Origin: Macrostomum lignano
Taxonomy: Eukaryota
Reading direction: 5' to 3'
Length of the DNA stretch: 64,000 nucleotides
Assembly: GCA_002269645.1 (NCBI GenBank)
Contig: NIVC01003003.1
Coordinates: 30,042 to 94,041, forward strand
Part shown: in pieces, positions 1 through 11,427 of the stretch
Layout of the letters: each line of letters begins with the position of its first letter
How positions within the stretch are numbered: position 1 is the first letter of the stretch
Notes under the pieces: model-generated
Told to the model about the DNA's origin: nothing
The model's input: the letters and a program-made list of their open reading frames with translations, nothing else
The model's database searches: none
Position numbers and translations under genes: made by a program

Positions 1-30
1 GGCAGAGCTCAGTTGGTCAGTCGCTCAATT

Positions 31-3000
31 ATGATGTCATCATCGCCGATACACCTGGACTACGAGGAGATTCTGGAGCACATTGGCAGCCTGGGCAGAT
101 ATCAGCTGATGCTATTTAATCTGGTAGCCATATTCATCTGGAAATTTGCCGCCAACATGGTCCTAATCGAATTTCAAATTATTCAGCCACAATTTACCTG
201 TCGCTCGTCGGTGCGCCTGAATAGCGACGAAGATTATGTTAATGAAACAGTTCCAACTTCCATTGTGGAAGTTTTTAATCACTCAACATTGCTCGACAGA
301 TCCAATACTGAGCAGTGCTGGCAAAATGATGGAAATTCTACAGCAGACAAGGTGGCTTGTACGCTCTTTGTGTACGACACCAGCGAATGGTTGCTAACCA
401 TTTCTAGCGAGGTAAAGCCCTATGCTGCACATTATCGTAACTACAATTATAACTAATAAAATACGTAAGTAATTTTTTTCCCTGACCCAACCTTCTTGAC
501 TGAACTCATCCAGTGACCCTCCTGTGATTGAGACCTATCCTCCACTGACTGGGGATACTCACCCTCCACTGACTGGGGATACTCACCCTCCACTGACTGG
601 GGATACCCACCCTCCACTGACTGGGGATACTCACTCTCCACTGACTGGGGATACCCACCCTCCACTGACTGGGGATACCCACCCTCCACTGACTGGGGAT
701 ACTCACCCTCCACTGACTGGGGATACCCACCCTCCACTGACTGGGGATACTCACCCTCCACTGACTGGGGATACTCACCCTTACCCTCCACTGACTGGGG
801 ATACCCACCCTCCACTGACTGGGGATACCCACCCTCCACTGACTGGGGATACCCACCCTCCACTGACTGGGGATACCCACCCTCCACTGACTGGGGATAC
901 CCACCCTCCACTGACTGGGGATACTCACCCTCCACTGACTGGGGATACCCACCCTCCACTGACTGGGGATACTCAACCTCTATCGACTTGAATTTCACTA
1001 ACAATACGCTCGTACAAGCTCACAAGAACACGCAACATAAATTCTAAAGTAAACTCCCACACCTTGATGCTCCCTTCCCCCTGCATTCAGTGGAATCTGG
1101 TGTGCGGCCGAAGCGGCCTGCAGCCATTGGTATTTGCCACTTACGCTCTGGGCTTTGGATTTGGTCTTGTCCTCGGCTTAATGGCCGACAAGTAAGTGGT
1201 CGCTTTTTTTAATGCTATTTTCTGCTTTTACACCAGACGCCAGAGAATATCGAGCGCTATTGATATTGCTATAGATTGACAACTCTCTTTGTGACTATAT
1301 TCTAGTAGAAACCATGGATACTAACTACTTGTAGATGTGTCACACCCCAGAATATACGCTCATTCACTCTTCTTTCAGTAGCAAAATGTTCGTTTTTTTC
1401 CTTTATATAAAAGTAATGTTTACAAAATGCTTAAAGCTTTTAAAGCTGCGACAATCACCGCCTGCTTTCTATACAAGAGGACCCATTGAATTAGCATGAA
1501 GCTGCACCCAAATCCAGTGCGAGTGCATAGCGAGCTTGAGAAGGGGTAGTGCTCCAGTCCCAGCTAGACCGATAAACCGTTTCGCTACCTCTTGCCCGCT
1601 TGTGTTTGACTTTGACCTCTCTCCTTTCTGCTCTCTGATTGGCTGAGCTAGATTGGGCCTGTCCCCTAGGCTGAGTTTCGTCCATCTTTGTGCGTTCACT
1701 TGAGTACATCGAGTTAAATGCTAGCGACTTTCCTTTCTTGAGAAAGGAAAAGAAACTTTAGCTGCCATATAAAATTTTAAGAGACACTGCGCAGACAAAC
1801 TACTGAAAAAGAGTAGATGCTCAAGTTTTTTTCCACAACTTTTAGTACGAGTTACATAACTAGTTATTCTAGTATTTGCTGTATAGGCTTAGACTAGTTA
1901 CTAACAGTAGGCGACAATGTACATCTATTAAACAAATTTCACATCAAAATGCATCTCTCAGATTCGGCCGTCGACCAGTCGTGCTGATCAGCTGCGCTGC
2001 CGAGCTGTCGCTCAGCTTAGCCGAATGTCTCGCCCCGAATCTGCCCGTCTATCTGACGCTGCACTTCTGCCGCGGCATATTCGCCACCGTCGGCCTGTTG
2101 GCCGCCGTCTGCGTCGCCGAATTCGTCGCCTGCCGGCATCGAGCTGCCGTGGCAAACCTGCTGTGGCTGTACTGGTGCTTCGGCTACGTGTCTGTGGCTG
2201 GCTTGGCCTACTTTGTGCGGCACTGGCGCTGGCTGCAGGTGTGCGCCTGCCTGCCCTGCGTCTGCTACGTGGCCAGCTACTTGTAAGCTTGGGGAGAGTG
2301 AGGCTCGCTTTGCTAACTAGAGGCTTCACAAGCTAGGGACTTCACAGAGATATCACAAGCTGGAGATTCCACAAAAGCTTTCAAACAAATTTTCCAGTCT
2401 GCTGGAGGAGTCGCCGCGCTGGCTGATGGCCAACGGGCGCAACTCGGAGGCTCTGCGGGTTTGCCAGCGAATTGCCAAGATCAACCAGAGAAGCATTCCG
2501 ACTGCTACTGTTGAGCTGATGGTGAGGTTTCAGTGGAGGATTTTCCATTGAGAAGAGGGGTTTCATGGTTTTAGGATTCCCGTTGGAGAAATGTTAGGAT
2601 TCCCTTTGGAAGGGTTTTAGGATTCCCCGTTGCAGTGATTTAGGATTCCTCGTGGAGCGGTTTTGGGATTTCCCGTGAGAGTGTTTCCGGGATTCCCCGT
2701 GGGAATGTTTCTGGGATTCCCCTGGAGAGTGTTTCCAGGATTCCCCTTAGGAGTGTTACTGGGATTTCCCGTAAGAGTGTTTCCGGGATTCCCCGTAGGA
2801 ATGTTTCTGGGATTCCCCGGGAGAGTGTTTCCGGGATTCCCCTTAGGAATGTTTCTGGGATTCCCCGGGAGAGTGTTTCCGGGATTCAACGTAGGAGTGT
2901 TTCTGGGATTCCCCGTAGGAGTGTTTCCGGGATTCCCCTTAGGAGTGTTACTGGGATTTCCCGTAAGAGTGTTTCCGGGATTTCAGTAGAAGTTCTAAGT

Positions 3001-5016
3001 TTCTCCACAGTGAGCTCTGGGTTCCCTCAATTAGAAGGTGCATAGTAGGATTAAGTATATTAAAATTGCAACTAATGGAGCTGGAGAATTTTCTATCGAT
3101 GAAAGAGAAAATTTAATGGGCAAAATATTTCGCTTCTACAGACAGCTCAGCGACCGGTGTTCCAGTCTGAGAGCCACATCAAGGAGCTTTTTAATACGCC
3201 CGTGATGCTGCGAAAGACCCTCGTGCTGTTTCTGGCTTGGTGAGCAGGTTTAGTTGTGTCAGAATCTATTAGTGTTAAGTTAAAAGTAATAAGGTATAAT
3301 TAATCGATAAAGATGATTAATCAACTCAATGAACGCGCAGGTTCGCCATCAGCCTCACTTACTACGGCGTCTCGCTGGACTCCGGCTTTGTTGTCGCTAG
3401 CAACGCTTTTGTCAGCACGGCGCTGTCAGGCCTCATCGAGGCACCGGCCTACGTGGCTGCCTGGCTGCTGGCCGACCGACTGGGCCGACGGGTGCCCTCA
3501 ATGGCGATGTACATCGGCCTGGGCGCCTGCCTGGCATTGCTCAACCTGCCTGACCGCGGTAAGGGTTGCTATGGGGGGAGAGGGTTGCTAAAGGAAAAAA
3601 ACGGTTGCTATGAAGGCGGTGGACGGTTGCTATAGTAGGGAAGAGAGTTGCTATGGGGAGGGGATACGGTTGCCACGAGAGGGAACAGGTTGCTATGAAA
3701 AGGGAAAGGGTTGCTATGAGAGGAAAGAGGGTTGCTATGGGAGCGGAGAGGGTTGCTATGGTAGGGAAGCGGGTTGCTATGGTAGGGAAACGGGTTGCTA
3801 TGGTAGGGAAACGGGTTGCTATGGGAGCGGAGAGGGTTGCTATGGTATGGAAAAGTGTTTCTATGGGAGCAGGTGTGAATCAAAATTAGAGTTGCATCAG
3901 TAGAAATTTACTCGTATGAAACTTATTATATTCTAACTATTGACGACTCCGTGCACGAAGCCTAGTTAGTATTCAATTTCTAAAAATCAGCAAACGACCC
4001 CCATTTGCAGACTCGGTAATTTACACGCTAATTGCCCTGACCGCCAAGCTGTTGGTCACCAGCGCATTCTCGGTGCTGATTCACTATACAGCGGAAATCT
4101 GCCCGACCTCTGTGCGCAACGCCGGCCTGTTCGCTTGCAGCGCCGTCGGCCGGGCCGCCTCGGTTGCCGCACCGTTCGTCGTGATGAACGGCGGCGCCGG
4201 CGTCTCCAGGCTGGCCGCCAGCGTCGGTTTCGCCTGCCTGAGCGTCGCCGCCGGCCTTGCGATCGGCGTCGGACTGCCGGAGACCCGCGGCCTGCCGCTG
4301 ATGCAGAGCGTGCAGGAGGCCAACCTGGTCACGCCGTGAGGAGCTGGGGGGTCATTGCCCTCCCCTCCGTGTCTTGTGGATAGTTGGTCATTGCCCTCCC
4401 CTCCGTGTCTTGTGGATAGTTGGTCATTGCCCTCCCCTCCGTGTCTTGTGGATAGTTGGTCATTGCCCTCCCCTCCGTGTCTTGTGGATAGTTGGTCATT
4501 GCCCTCCCCTCCGTGTCTTGTGGATAGTTGGTCATTGTTTCCCCTTTGTGTTTTGTGGGTTTGTTTACCTACATTTGTCATTACCCACTGTCTCACACTG
4601 ATCATTACCCACTGTCTCACACTGGTCATTACCCACTGTCTCACACTGGTCATTACCCACTATCTCACACTGGTCATTACCCACTATCTCACATTCCAAG
4701 ATTCGAACCCATCTGCCCCAATTTCAGCGGCAGGGAGTCGCAATTTTTGGATCTGCTCAAAAAGCGTCGTGACGACATTGCCGTGTACTTTGTCGGTCAA
4801 GGCGGCTCGGCTGTTGCCATTGAAACGGCCAACGCTTCCTCATTCGGTTCCTCTCGCCCAGCCGAGTGGAGCCAGTGGAGCCAGCCGGAGCTCGAACCCG
4901 AGGAAGCGGTGAATTCGCCAGCGCCAGCCGCCGCAGCTGCCTCCGAGCCCGGCTATGATGACGACCCCGCCGTATTCTTCTCGTCGTCCAAGTATCTGAT
5001 CAATCCGTTCGCGTGA
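31..5016 (+). CDS. SLC22-family organic cation/anion transporter (MFS), 8 exons, about 627 aa
   Basis: join(31-411,1091-1191,1962-2282,2398-2521,3142-3239,3341-3558,4011-4335,4701-5016) = 1884 nt; all introns GT-AG and phase-compatible. SLC22 motifs: YEEILEHIGSLGRYQ, SSE|WNLVC, ADKFGRRP, EESPRWL, ADRLGRR, AEICPTSVRN, LPETRG. Confidence 0.92.
537..975. repeat. 24-bp minisatellite (CCTCCACTGACTGGGGATACTCAC), about 18 copies, SLC22 intron 1
   Basis: Direct tandem copies visible. Confidence 0.95.
2566..2985. repeat. 24-bp minisatellite (GGGATTCCCCGTAGGAGTGTTTCC-like), SLC22 intron 4
   Basis: About 17 degenerate copies. Confidence 0.93.
3562..3872. repeat. 21-bp minisatellite (GGGTTGCTATGGGAGCGGAGA-like), SLC22 intron 6
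   Basis: About 15 degenerate copies beginning right at the donor. Confidence 0.92.
4349..4693. repeat. 36-bp (about 5 copies) then 24-bp (about 5 copies) arrays, SLC22 intron 7
   Basis: GGTCATTGCCCTCCCCTCCGTGTCTTGTGGATAGTT at 4349-4536; GTCATTACCCACTGTCTCACACTG at 4577-4693. Confidence 0.93.
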
Positions 5017-5320
5017 TTGGCAGTTCAAGGACTTAGAGATTTACTTATGCTTTTGAGCGTATTGGGTGCCCAAAATAACGGATAAAAGCAGCGTTTTTTA
5101 AAATCGATTTTTGTAGAATGCATCTGATTACTGTTTTTTGACGAGTATATGTTTCTAACGTCTGAATATATACCTGCGAGTGCGAAGTTGACTACTTTTT
5201 TATATATTTCATAAGTAGTCTTGTAAGTACAAATGATAAATACTGACAGCTTTTTATTTCAAAGTCAATAATAATCATTTTAAAAACTGCTTTCCAGTTT
5301 TGTATTTTACCGTTTTCAAT

Positions 5321-5637
5321 GGCTAGATTAGCAATCCATTTGACCTATTTGATAGATTGGCTGGATTAGCAATCCATTTGACCTATTTGATAGATTGGCT
5401 AGATTAGCAATCCATTTGACCTATTTGATAGATTGGCTAGATTAGCAATCCATTTGACCTATTTGATAGATTGGCTAGATTAGCAATCCATTTGACCCAT
5501 TTGATAGATTGGCTGGATTAGCAATCCATTAGACCTATTTGATAGATTGGCTAGATTAGCAATCCATTTGACCCATTTGATAGATTGGCTGGATTAGCAA
5601 TCCATTTGACCTATTTGATAGATTGGCTAGATTATCA
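5321..5637. repeat. 38-bp minisatellite, about 8 copies
   Basis: GATTAGCAATCCATTTGACCTATTTGATAGATTGGCTA. Confidence 0.95.
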
Positions 5638-5815
5638 AGCCATCTTTCATCGAATCAAACTATGAAATAAAAAAAATGACATTAAAACATTTGTTTGATG
5701 ATTTTTTTATAAGAATTTGATAAGCACAAGCGCATATCTCTTAAATCGATTAGAAGGATAGATACAAGTCAATCAATATCAATCAAAGTCAACAAACACA
5801 TCTGCAACGATTTGT

Positions 5816-6085
5816 CTACAGAAACCTGGGCGTTGACTGCCGCATCTCCCAATAGACGGCAACGGCAGCAATCATTATAAATATTGTCGGCATTGCCAAC
5901 AGCAGCACCATCACATCGTCAGTGCTGACGTCTTGAACGGCAATTGAGCGCAGTTTCGATCTAGGCAGGACAATGTACGAGTCCGACTCTTTGTGCTCCA
6001 ATACGTTGCGCCTGCAAGCGGCTACTTGGTCAGGGAGGAGCTGGATGAGGCAGAGCAGCAGCAGCAGAGGCTGGAATAGGGACAT
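5816..6085 (-). CDS. Putative small single-pass membrane protein (89 aa from MSLFQ; signal peptide plus one TM helix)
   Basis: Non-repetitive ORF: hydrophobic N-terminus (LFQPLLLLLCLIQLL...VAA-C), about 35-aa polar segment, TM-like VMVLLLAMPTIFIMIAAVAVYW, short tail. In-frame upstream starts exist (ORF track 6136). No family recognised. Confidence 0.5.
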   Translation of the reverse strand: MSLFQPLLLLLCLIQLLPDQVAACRRNVLEHKESDSYIVLPRSKLRSIAVQDVSTDDVMVLLLAMPTIFIMIAAVAVYWEMRQSTPRFL

Positions 6086-6465
6086 CAGCTGTCGGCTTAC
6101 TTTTACCTTCATAGCTTTTGGTAAAATAACAAACAAGCTCCTTCCTTTGCAAGATGTTTAATTACGAACGCTATCTACGAGTGTATTCTATATACTACTA
6201 GAATGTACTGAGTACTCTGGCCATAGACTACACGGCTTTGGCATCCCCTAAGCTTTTAAAATGATAGCGTTTTATATGTTCTCATATTTCGGGACAGCAA
6301 ACCAGAGAGAGGATTCATTTTTAAAGCTTGCTTTATCTTTATATCTTAAAAAATGTTTTCATTAATTTACATCCTCGAAAGTTAGAATCCTTAACTGTGG
6401 TAATGTAGCTCGCTTTAAAATTAGCAAAAGAGCAAACGTCAAAACAAACATTTAATCTATTTAAA

Positions 6466-6506
6466 CTGCCGACGCGTTTCGTCCAAAGCGGACATCTTCA
6501 GGGCAA
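6466..6506 (-). ncRNA. Minimal type I hammerhead ribozyme, inverted copy
   Basis: Exact reverse complement of 7856-7896 within the left arm. Confidence 0.8.
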
Positions 6507-6671
6507 ACGAACCATCGAAAACACAAACGAGAATGTATTTAAATTATATCGAAAAATATTGAGCGAACAAAAAACAGAAAGAACGAAAAAACATGTACAT
6601 GCTGTAAACTTTTAACTAACAAACCAATCAGTTAAGAGGGTGCACCCACCTCACCACCGCGCACAACGAGA

Positions 6672-6982
6672 TCAAAAAATTCTGAGTTGTTGCTCCATAC
6701 CTTTACTCACAAGCTGAACGTTTAAGCTAGGATTGTACTTCCTAATGTACGTAGCCTCCAACAATTTTAGTTTTCTATCATTGTTACATCCATCCATCAC
6801 CTTGAACAACTGCATAGGCTCACAGTCACAACACGCCTTGCACACGAATAGGTGGTCTTTAATGGCCGAAGACCCAAGCCAGTGCTCCCTCACCCTCTGG
6901 TGCAGATGCCGTTTAGTTTTTCCGATATAGGAAACACCCTGATCAACAGAGCATTGAAATTGATAGACGACACCAGCCTTAA
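6672..6982 (-). pseudogene. Inverted partial copy of the GIY-YIG endonuclease region
   Basis: Reverse complement of 7363-7688 (REHWLGSSAIKDHLFVC...), with a few substitutions and lacking the 15-bp duplication. Confidence 0.88.
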
Positions 6983-7019
6983 CTCAAACGGATAGCCATT
7001 CGATTTAAGGATTCTAGTC

Positions 7020-7688
7020 AGGGCTTATGTTGTTTGCAGTTCTTGGGCGCTCTTCCATCAGGAAGTCAGTTCTCTGACTAGAATCCTTAAATCGAATGGC
7101 TATCCGTTTGAGTTTGTTAGCCGTATTGTTATCCAGTTTATTTCTGAAAAAGTGTCCGGTGTGCAACACGGGAAAGGTTCGGAGACGGACTCTTCGGTAT
7201 CGCTGATGATTTTACCATTTCTTGGATCCGCTTCGATTGATTTTAAAAAGAAGTTAGAAAAGAGGTTTTTTAGATTGCTCAATTGCAAAATTAGAGTTGT
7301 GTTCAGGACTGAAAAGATTGCGCGCTACGCGAGCAGACTCAAATCTAGTGTTCCTCTCCCACTTAAGGCTGGTGTCGTCTATCAATTTCAATGCTCTGTT
7401 GATCAGGGTGTTTCCTATATCGGAAAAACTAAACGGCATCTGCACCAGAGGGTGAGGGAGCACTGGCTTGGGTCTTCGGCCATTAAAAACCACCTATTCG
7501 TGTGCAAGGCGTGTTGTGACTGTGAGCCTATGCAGTTGTTCAAGGTGATGGATGGATGTAACAATGATAGAAAACTAAAATTGTTGGAGGCTACGTACAT
7601 TAGGAAGTACAATCCTAGCTTAAACAATCCTAGCTTAAACGTTCAGCTTGTGAGTAAAGGTATGGAGCGACAACTCGGAATTTTTTGA
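7020..7688 (+). pseudogene. Penelope-like ORF C-terminal fragment (post-RT region plus GIY-YIG endonuclease)
   Basis: Open frame RAYVVCSSWALFHQEVSSLTRILKSNGYP...GVVYQFQCS...YIGKTKRHLHQRVREH...LEATYI..NPSLN; the RT core is absent; in-frame 15-bp duplication at 7611-7640. Confidence 0.88.
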
Positions 7689-7855
7689 TCTCGTTGTGCG
7701 CGGTGGTGAGGTGGGTGGGCACCCTCTTAACTGATTGGTTTGTTAGTTAAAAGTTTACAGCATGTACATGTTTTTTCGTTCTTTCTGTTTTTTGTTCGCT
7801 CAATATTTTTCGATATAATTTAAATACATTCTCGTTTGTGTTTTCGATGGTTCGT

Positions 7856-7896
7856 TTGCCCTGAAGATGTCCGCTTTGGACGAAACGCGTCGGCAG
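7856..7896 (+). ncRNA. Minimal type I hammerhead ribozyme (PLE pLTR type)
   Basis: TTGCC-CTGAAGA-T-GTCC(GCTTT)GGAC-GAAA-CGCG-TC-GGCAG: intact core, 4-bp stem II, palindromic ACGCGT stem III, predicted GUC cleavage after 7891, stem I TTGCC/GGCAG. Confidence 0.8.
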
Positions 7897-7957
7897 TTTA
7901 AATAGATTAAATGTTTGTTTTGACGTTTGCTCTTTTGCTAATTAGAATCCTTAAAGT

Positions 7958-8500
7958 CCTCAAAATGTCACATCCTCAAAATGTCACATCCTCGAAATAT
8001 CACATTTTCGAAATGTCACGTCCTCACAATGTCACGTCCTCAAAATGTCACATCCTCGAAATGTCATGTCCTCATAATGTCACTTCCTCAAAATGTCATG
8101 TCCGCATAATGTCACATCCTCAAAATGTCACATCCTCAAAATGTCACATCCTCGAAATGTCACATCCTCAAAATGTCCCGTCCTTACAATGTCACGTTCT
8201 AAAAATGTCACATCCTCAAAATGTCACATCCTCGAAATTTCACATCCTCACAATGTCACGTCCTCAAAATGTCATGTCCTCAAAATATCACGTCCTCATA
8301 ATTTCACGTCCTAAAAATATCATGTCCTCAAAATGCCACATCCTCAAAATTTCACATCTTCACAATGTCACGTCCTCAAAATTTCACATCCTCAAACTGT
8401 CACATACTCAAATGTTCACATCCTCACAATATCACACCCTCAAAATGTCACAAAATCACAATGTGTCGCATCATGAAAATTTCACAAACTCAAAAATTAC
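7958..8500. repeat. Degenerate 16-bp minisatellite (AAAATGTCACATCCTC)
   Basis: Tandem copies immediately right of the Penelope-like insertion. Confidence 0.92.
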
Positions 8501-9460
8501 ATATCAGAAGTACAAAAGAAAATGACATATTACTATAATTTCTAGTTCATTGTGTAGCAAAACTAAGTAGCAATTAAGTTATTTCAGTCCTAACAAGTTC
8601 GATATCTTAAAAACGTGGACTTTTATAGAATTTTTCACGTTTCTTGAGCATAGCGCAATTGCAACTGGCTACCCTCCACACAAAGAAACTCCACAAGTTG
8701 ACAAAAACAATTGCATTATAACTCGTAGAATCTTATTGTTGTCGACAGTAAAAATCGATAATAACAAGGTGTAGCTAAAATTCATATATAAACTTTTGGA
8801 AGATTAGTTAGTCAGTAGTACGCGCGCGGTTTTACCAACCGTTGGGAGACGAAGGAACTGGGGGGGGGGTGGTGACAAGTCAGCGTGAGTCACACAGTGT
8901 GTTTTGTTGTTCCGGGCTTTTACATTATGAGCTTCTACTTATTGGGAATTGCAGAGTGAATTCCACAAAGCAAAGTTAAGTAGAGAGATTTATATGCATC
9001 TGTAAAATAGTCCCATACAGTACGATACGAAGTTTTGCGCGGGCACTGCATGGAGAGAGAGGGGGGGAACCAGTTGAGTCGGTGGTTTCCTCACGGAAGG
9101 GAAATAATATGCTCGTCTATGCTCAAGTAGACAGAGAGAGAGAGAGGGGGAGGAGTGTATTGGGAAGCGAAATGGGGATATTTGCACAGTCTAATTCCTG
9201 TCGCTGCAAACCACGGAAAATGGGAGTTGGGGCGGCTTTTCGCAAACAACGGAGTGCTGGCGGAGGGTGACAGGAGGGAGAAACGGGACTCCAGTGAGGG
9301 GGGGCTGTTCTCTCTCCATTTTCCTTTTGCCCCATGCTTTCCCGAATTTCCTCAACTCAACTCAATCAGGCTTGGGGGACAGGGACTCCGGTCTAGAATT
9401 CATCTACGGATTGGAAGCTAGTCAAAAAGAAAAAGGGATCGCTTCTAAAACTAACTGAAC

Positions 9461-10672
9461 ATTTCACAAACTGGAGTCCTGGACACTTCACAAACAGGAA
9501 AATTCACAAACTGGACACTTCACAAACTAGACACTTCACAAACTGGACACTTCACAAACAGGAAAATTCACAAACTGGACACTTCACAAACTAGACACTT
9601 CACAAACTGGACACTTCACAAACAGGAAAATTCTCAAACTGGACACTTCACAAACTGGACACTTCACAAACTAGACACTTCACAAACTGGACACTTCACA
9701 AACTGGACACTTCACAAACTAGACACTTCACAAACTGGACACTTCACAAACTGGACACTTCACAAACTGGACACTTCACAAACTAGACACTTCACAAACT
9801 GGACACTTCACAAACTGGACACTTCACAAACAGGAAAATTCACAAACTGGACTCTTCACAAACTGGACACTTCACAAACTGGACACTTCACAAACTGGAC
9901 ACTTCACAAACTGGACACTTCACAAACTGGACACTTTACAAACTGGACACTTCACAAACTGGACACTTCACAAACAGGAAAATTCTCAAACTGGACACTT
10001 CACAAACTGGACACTTCACAAACAGGAAAATTCTCAAACTGGACACTTCACAAACTGGACACTTCACAAACAGGAAAATTCTCAAACTGGACACTTCACA
10101 AACTGGACACTTCACAAACAGGAAAATTCTCAAACTGGACACTTCACAAACTGGACACTTCACAAACTGGACTCTTCACAAACTGGACACTTCACAAACT
10201 GGACACTTCACAAACTGGACTCTTCACAAACTGGACACTTCACAAACTGGACTCTTCACAAACTGGACACTTCACAAACTGGACACTTCACAAACTGGAC
10301 TTCACAAACTGGACACTTCACAAACTGGTCACTTCTTCAAACTGGACACTTCACAAACTGGACACTTCACAAACTGGACTTTCACAAACTGGACACTTCA
10401 CAAACTGGACACTTCACAAACTGGACACTTCACAAACTGGAAAATTCACAAACTGGACTCTTCACAAACTGGACACTTCACAAACTGGACACTTCACAAA
10501 CTGGACACTTCACAAACTGGACACTTCACAAACTGGACACTTCACAAACTGGACACTTTACAAACTGGACACTTCACAAACTGGACACTTCACAAACTGG
10601 ACACTTTACAAACTGGACACTTCACAAACTGGACACTTCACAAACTGGACACTTCACAAACTACAGATTTCA
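9461..10672. repeat. 16-bp minisatellite (ACTTCACAAACTGGAC), about 75 copies
   Basis: Tandem copies with CAGGAAAATT variants. Confidence 0.97.
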
Positions 10673-11427
10673 TAAACTATAGACTTAAAAAAACAGAAAT
10701 TCAACGGAGTTATCAGTATCTATCATCGTCCAGGTGTGTTAGTAGTCCCTGAGGCTGGAGTGTGTCTGACATTCTTTTTAATAGAGAGGGCAGAGCCGAG
10801 ATCGTCAATGATTTGAAACCGCAACAATTTCAATTTGCAGTGTCCGTTGCAGAACTGCATTCAGTCTGATTCTGTCACTGACTCACACTGGGCCTCTCTA
10901 TTCTCTAATTAAATTGTCACTTCAAGATTGCACGACAATTGCGAACGATTCCAGGAAATTTGAATGGGAACCTGGGTGGAAGTGGCTGGAATTGAAAAAT
11001 CGGCGCCCCCCCCAATCCAATTCCCTCTTTGATCCCCTCTTCTGGCTATTTTTCAGCCGGATTTCGAAAGAACTGTGCGACCTCGATTCTGAAAAAAGCA
11101 TAGGTGAGAGGTGATGAGCTCGGATGAAGAAGGAGACTGAGCTCTAATCCTCTGGCGGGCTCTCACTCATTCGCCTATCAGTGTTAGAAATCCCCTTAAC
11201 TCATCACTATAGATTAGAATCCCAACCGTATGAGTGCGCGGCCTGGCTCACCTCCGCAATAGCTCAGCTCATGCTAGATTGAATCCCTAATCCTTTAGCT
11301 GGGGCCAAGATAAATAACCTCAGGGCCTTGAAGGCGTTCTCGAAAACTGAGCGACTGAATTAACACTGTGCCCACATATAAGCTGGGAATCCCGCTGCCA
11401 AGTCATCCGCTGCCGTGACAAGTTTTT

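Larger units (their letters stand above)
6395..7941 (+). mobile_element. 5'-truncated Penelope-like retroelement with inverted duplicated 3' end
   Basis: GIY-YIG endonuclease frame; arms 6419-6982 and 7363-7943 are reverse complements; flanked by the direct repeat TTAGAATCCTTAA at 6382-6394 and 7942-7954 (candidate TSD). Confidence 0.88.

Noticed and set aside
13-456. ORF-track boundaries for the first SLC22 exon
   Set aside because: The start at 13 is TTG and the first ATG is at 31. The frame after 411 is intronic, since splicing at GAG|gtaaag gives the conserved EWNLVC.
7112-7368. Deletion in the inverted PLE arm as a spliced-out intron
   Set aside because: A GT...AG pair exists nearby, but the actual junction reads GAGTTAAGGCT, which fits a TT microhomology jump and not the spliced product.
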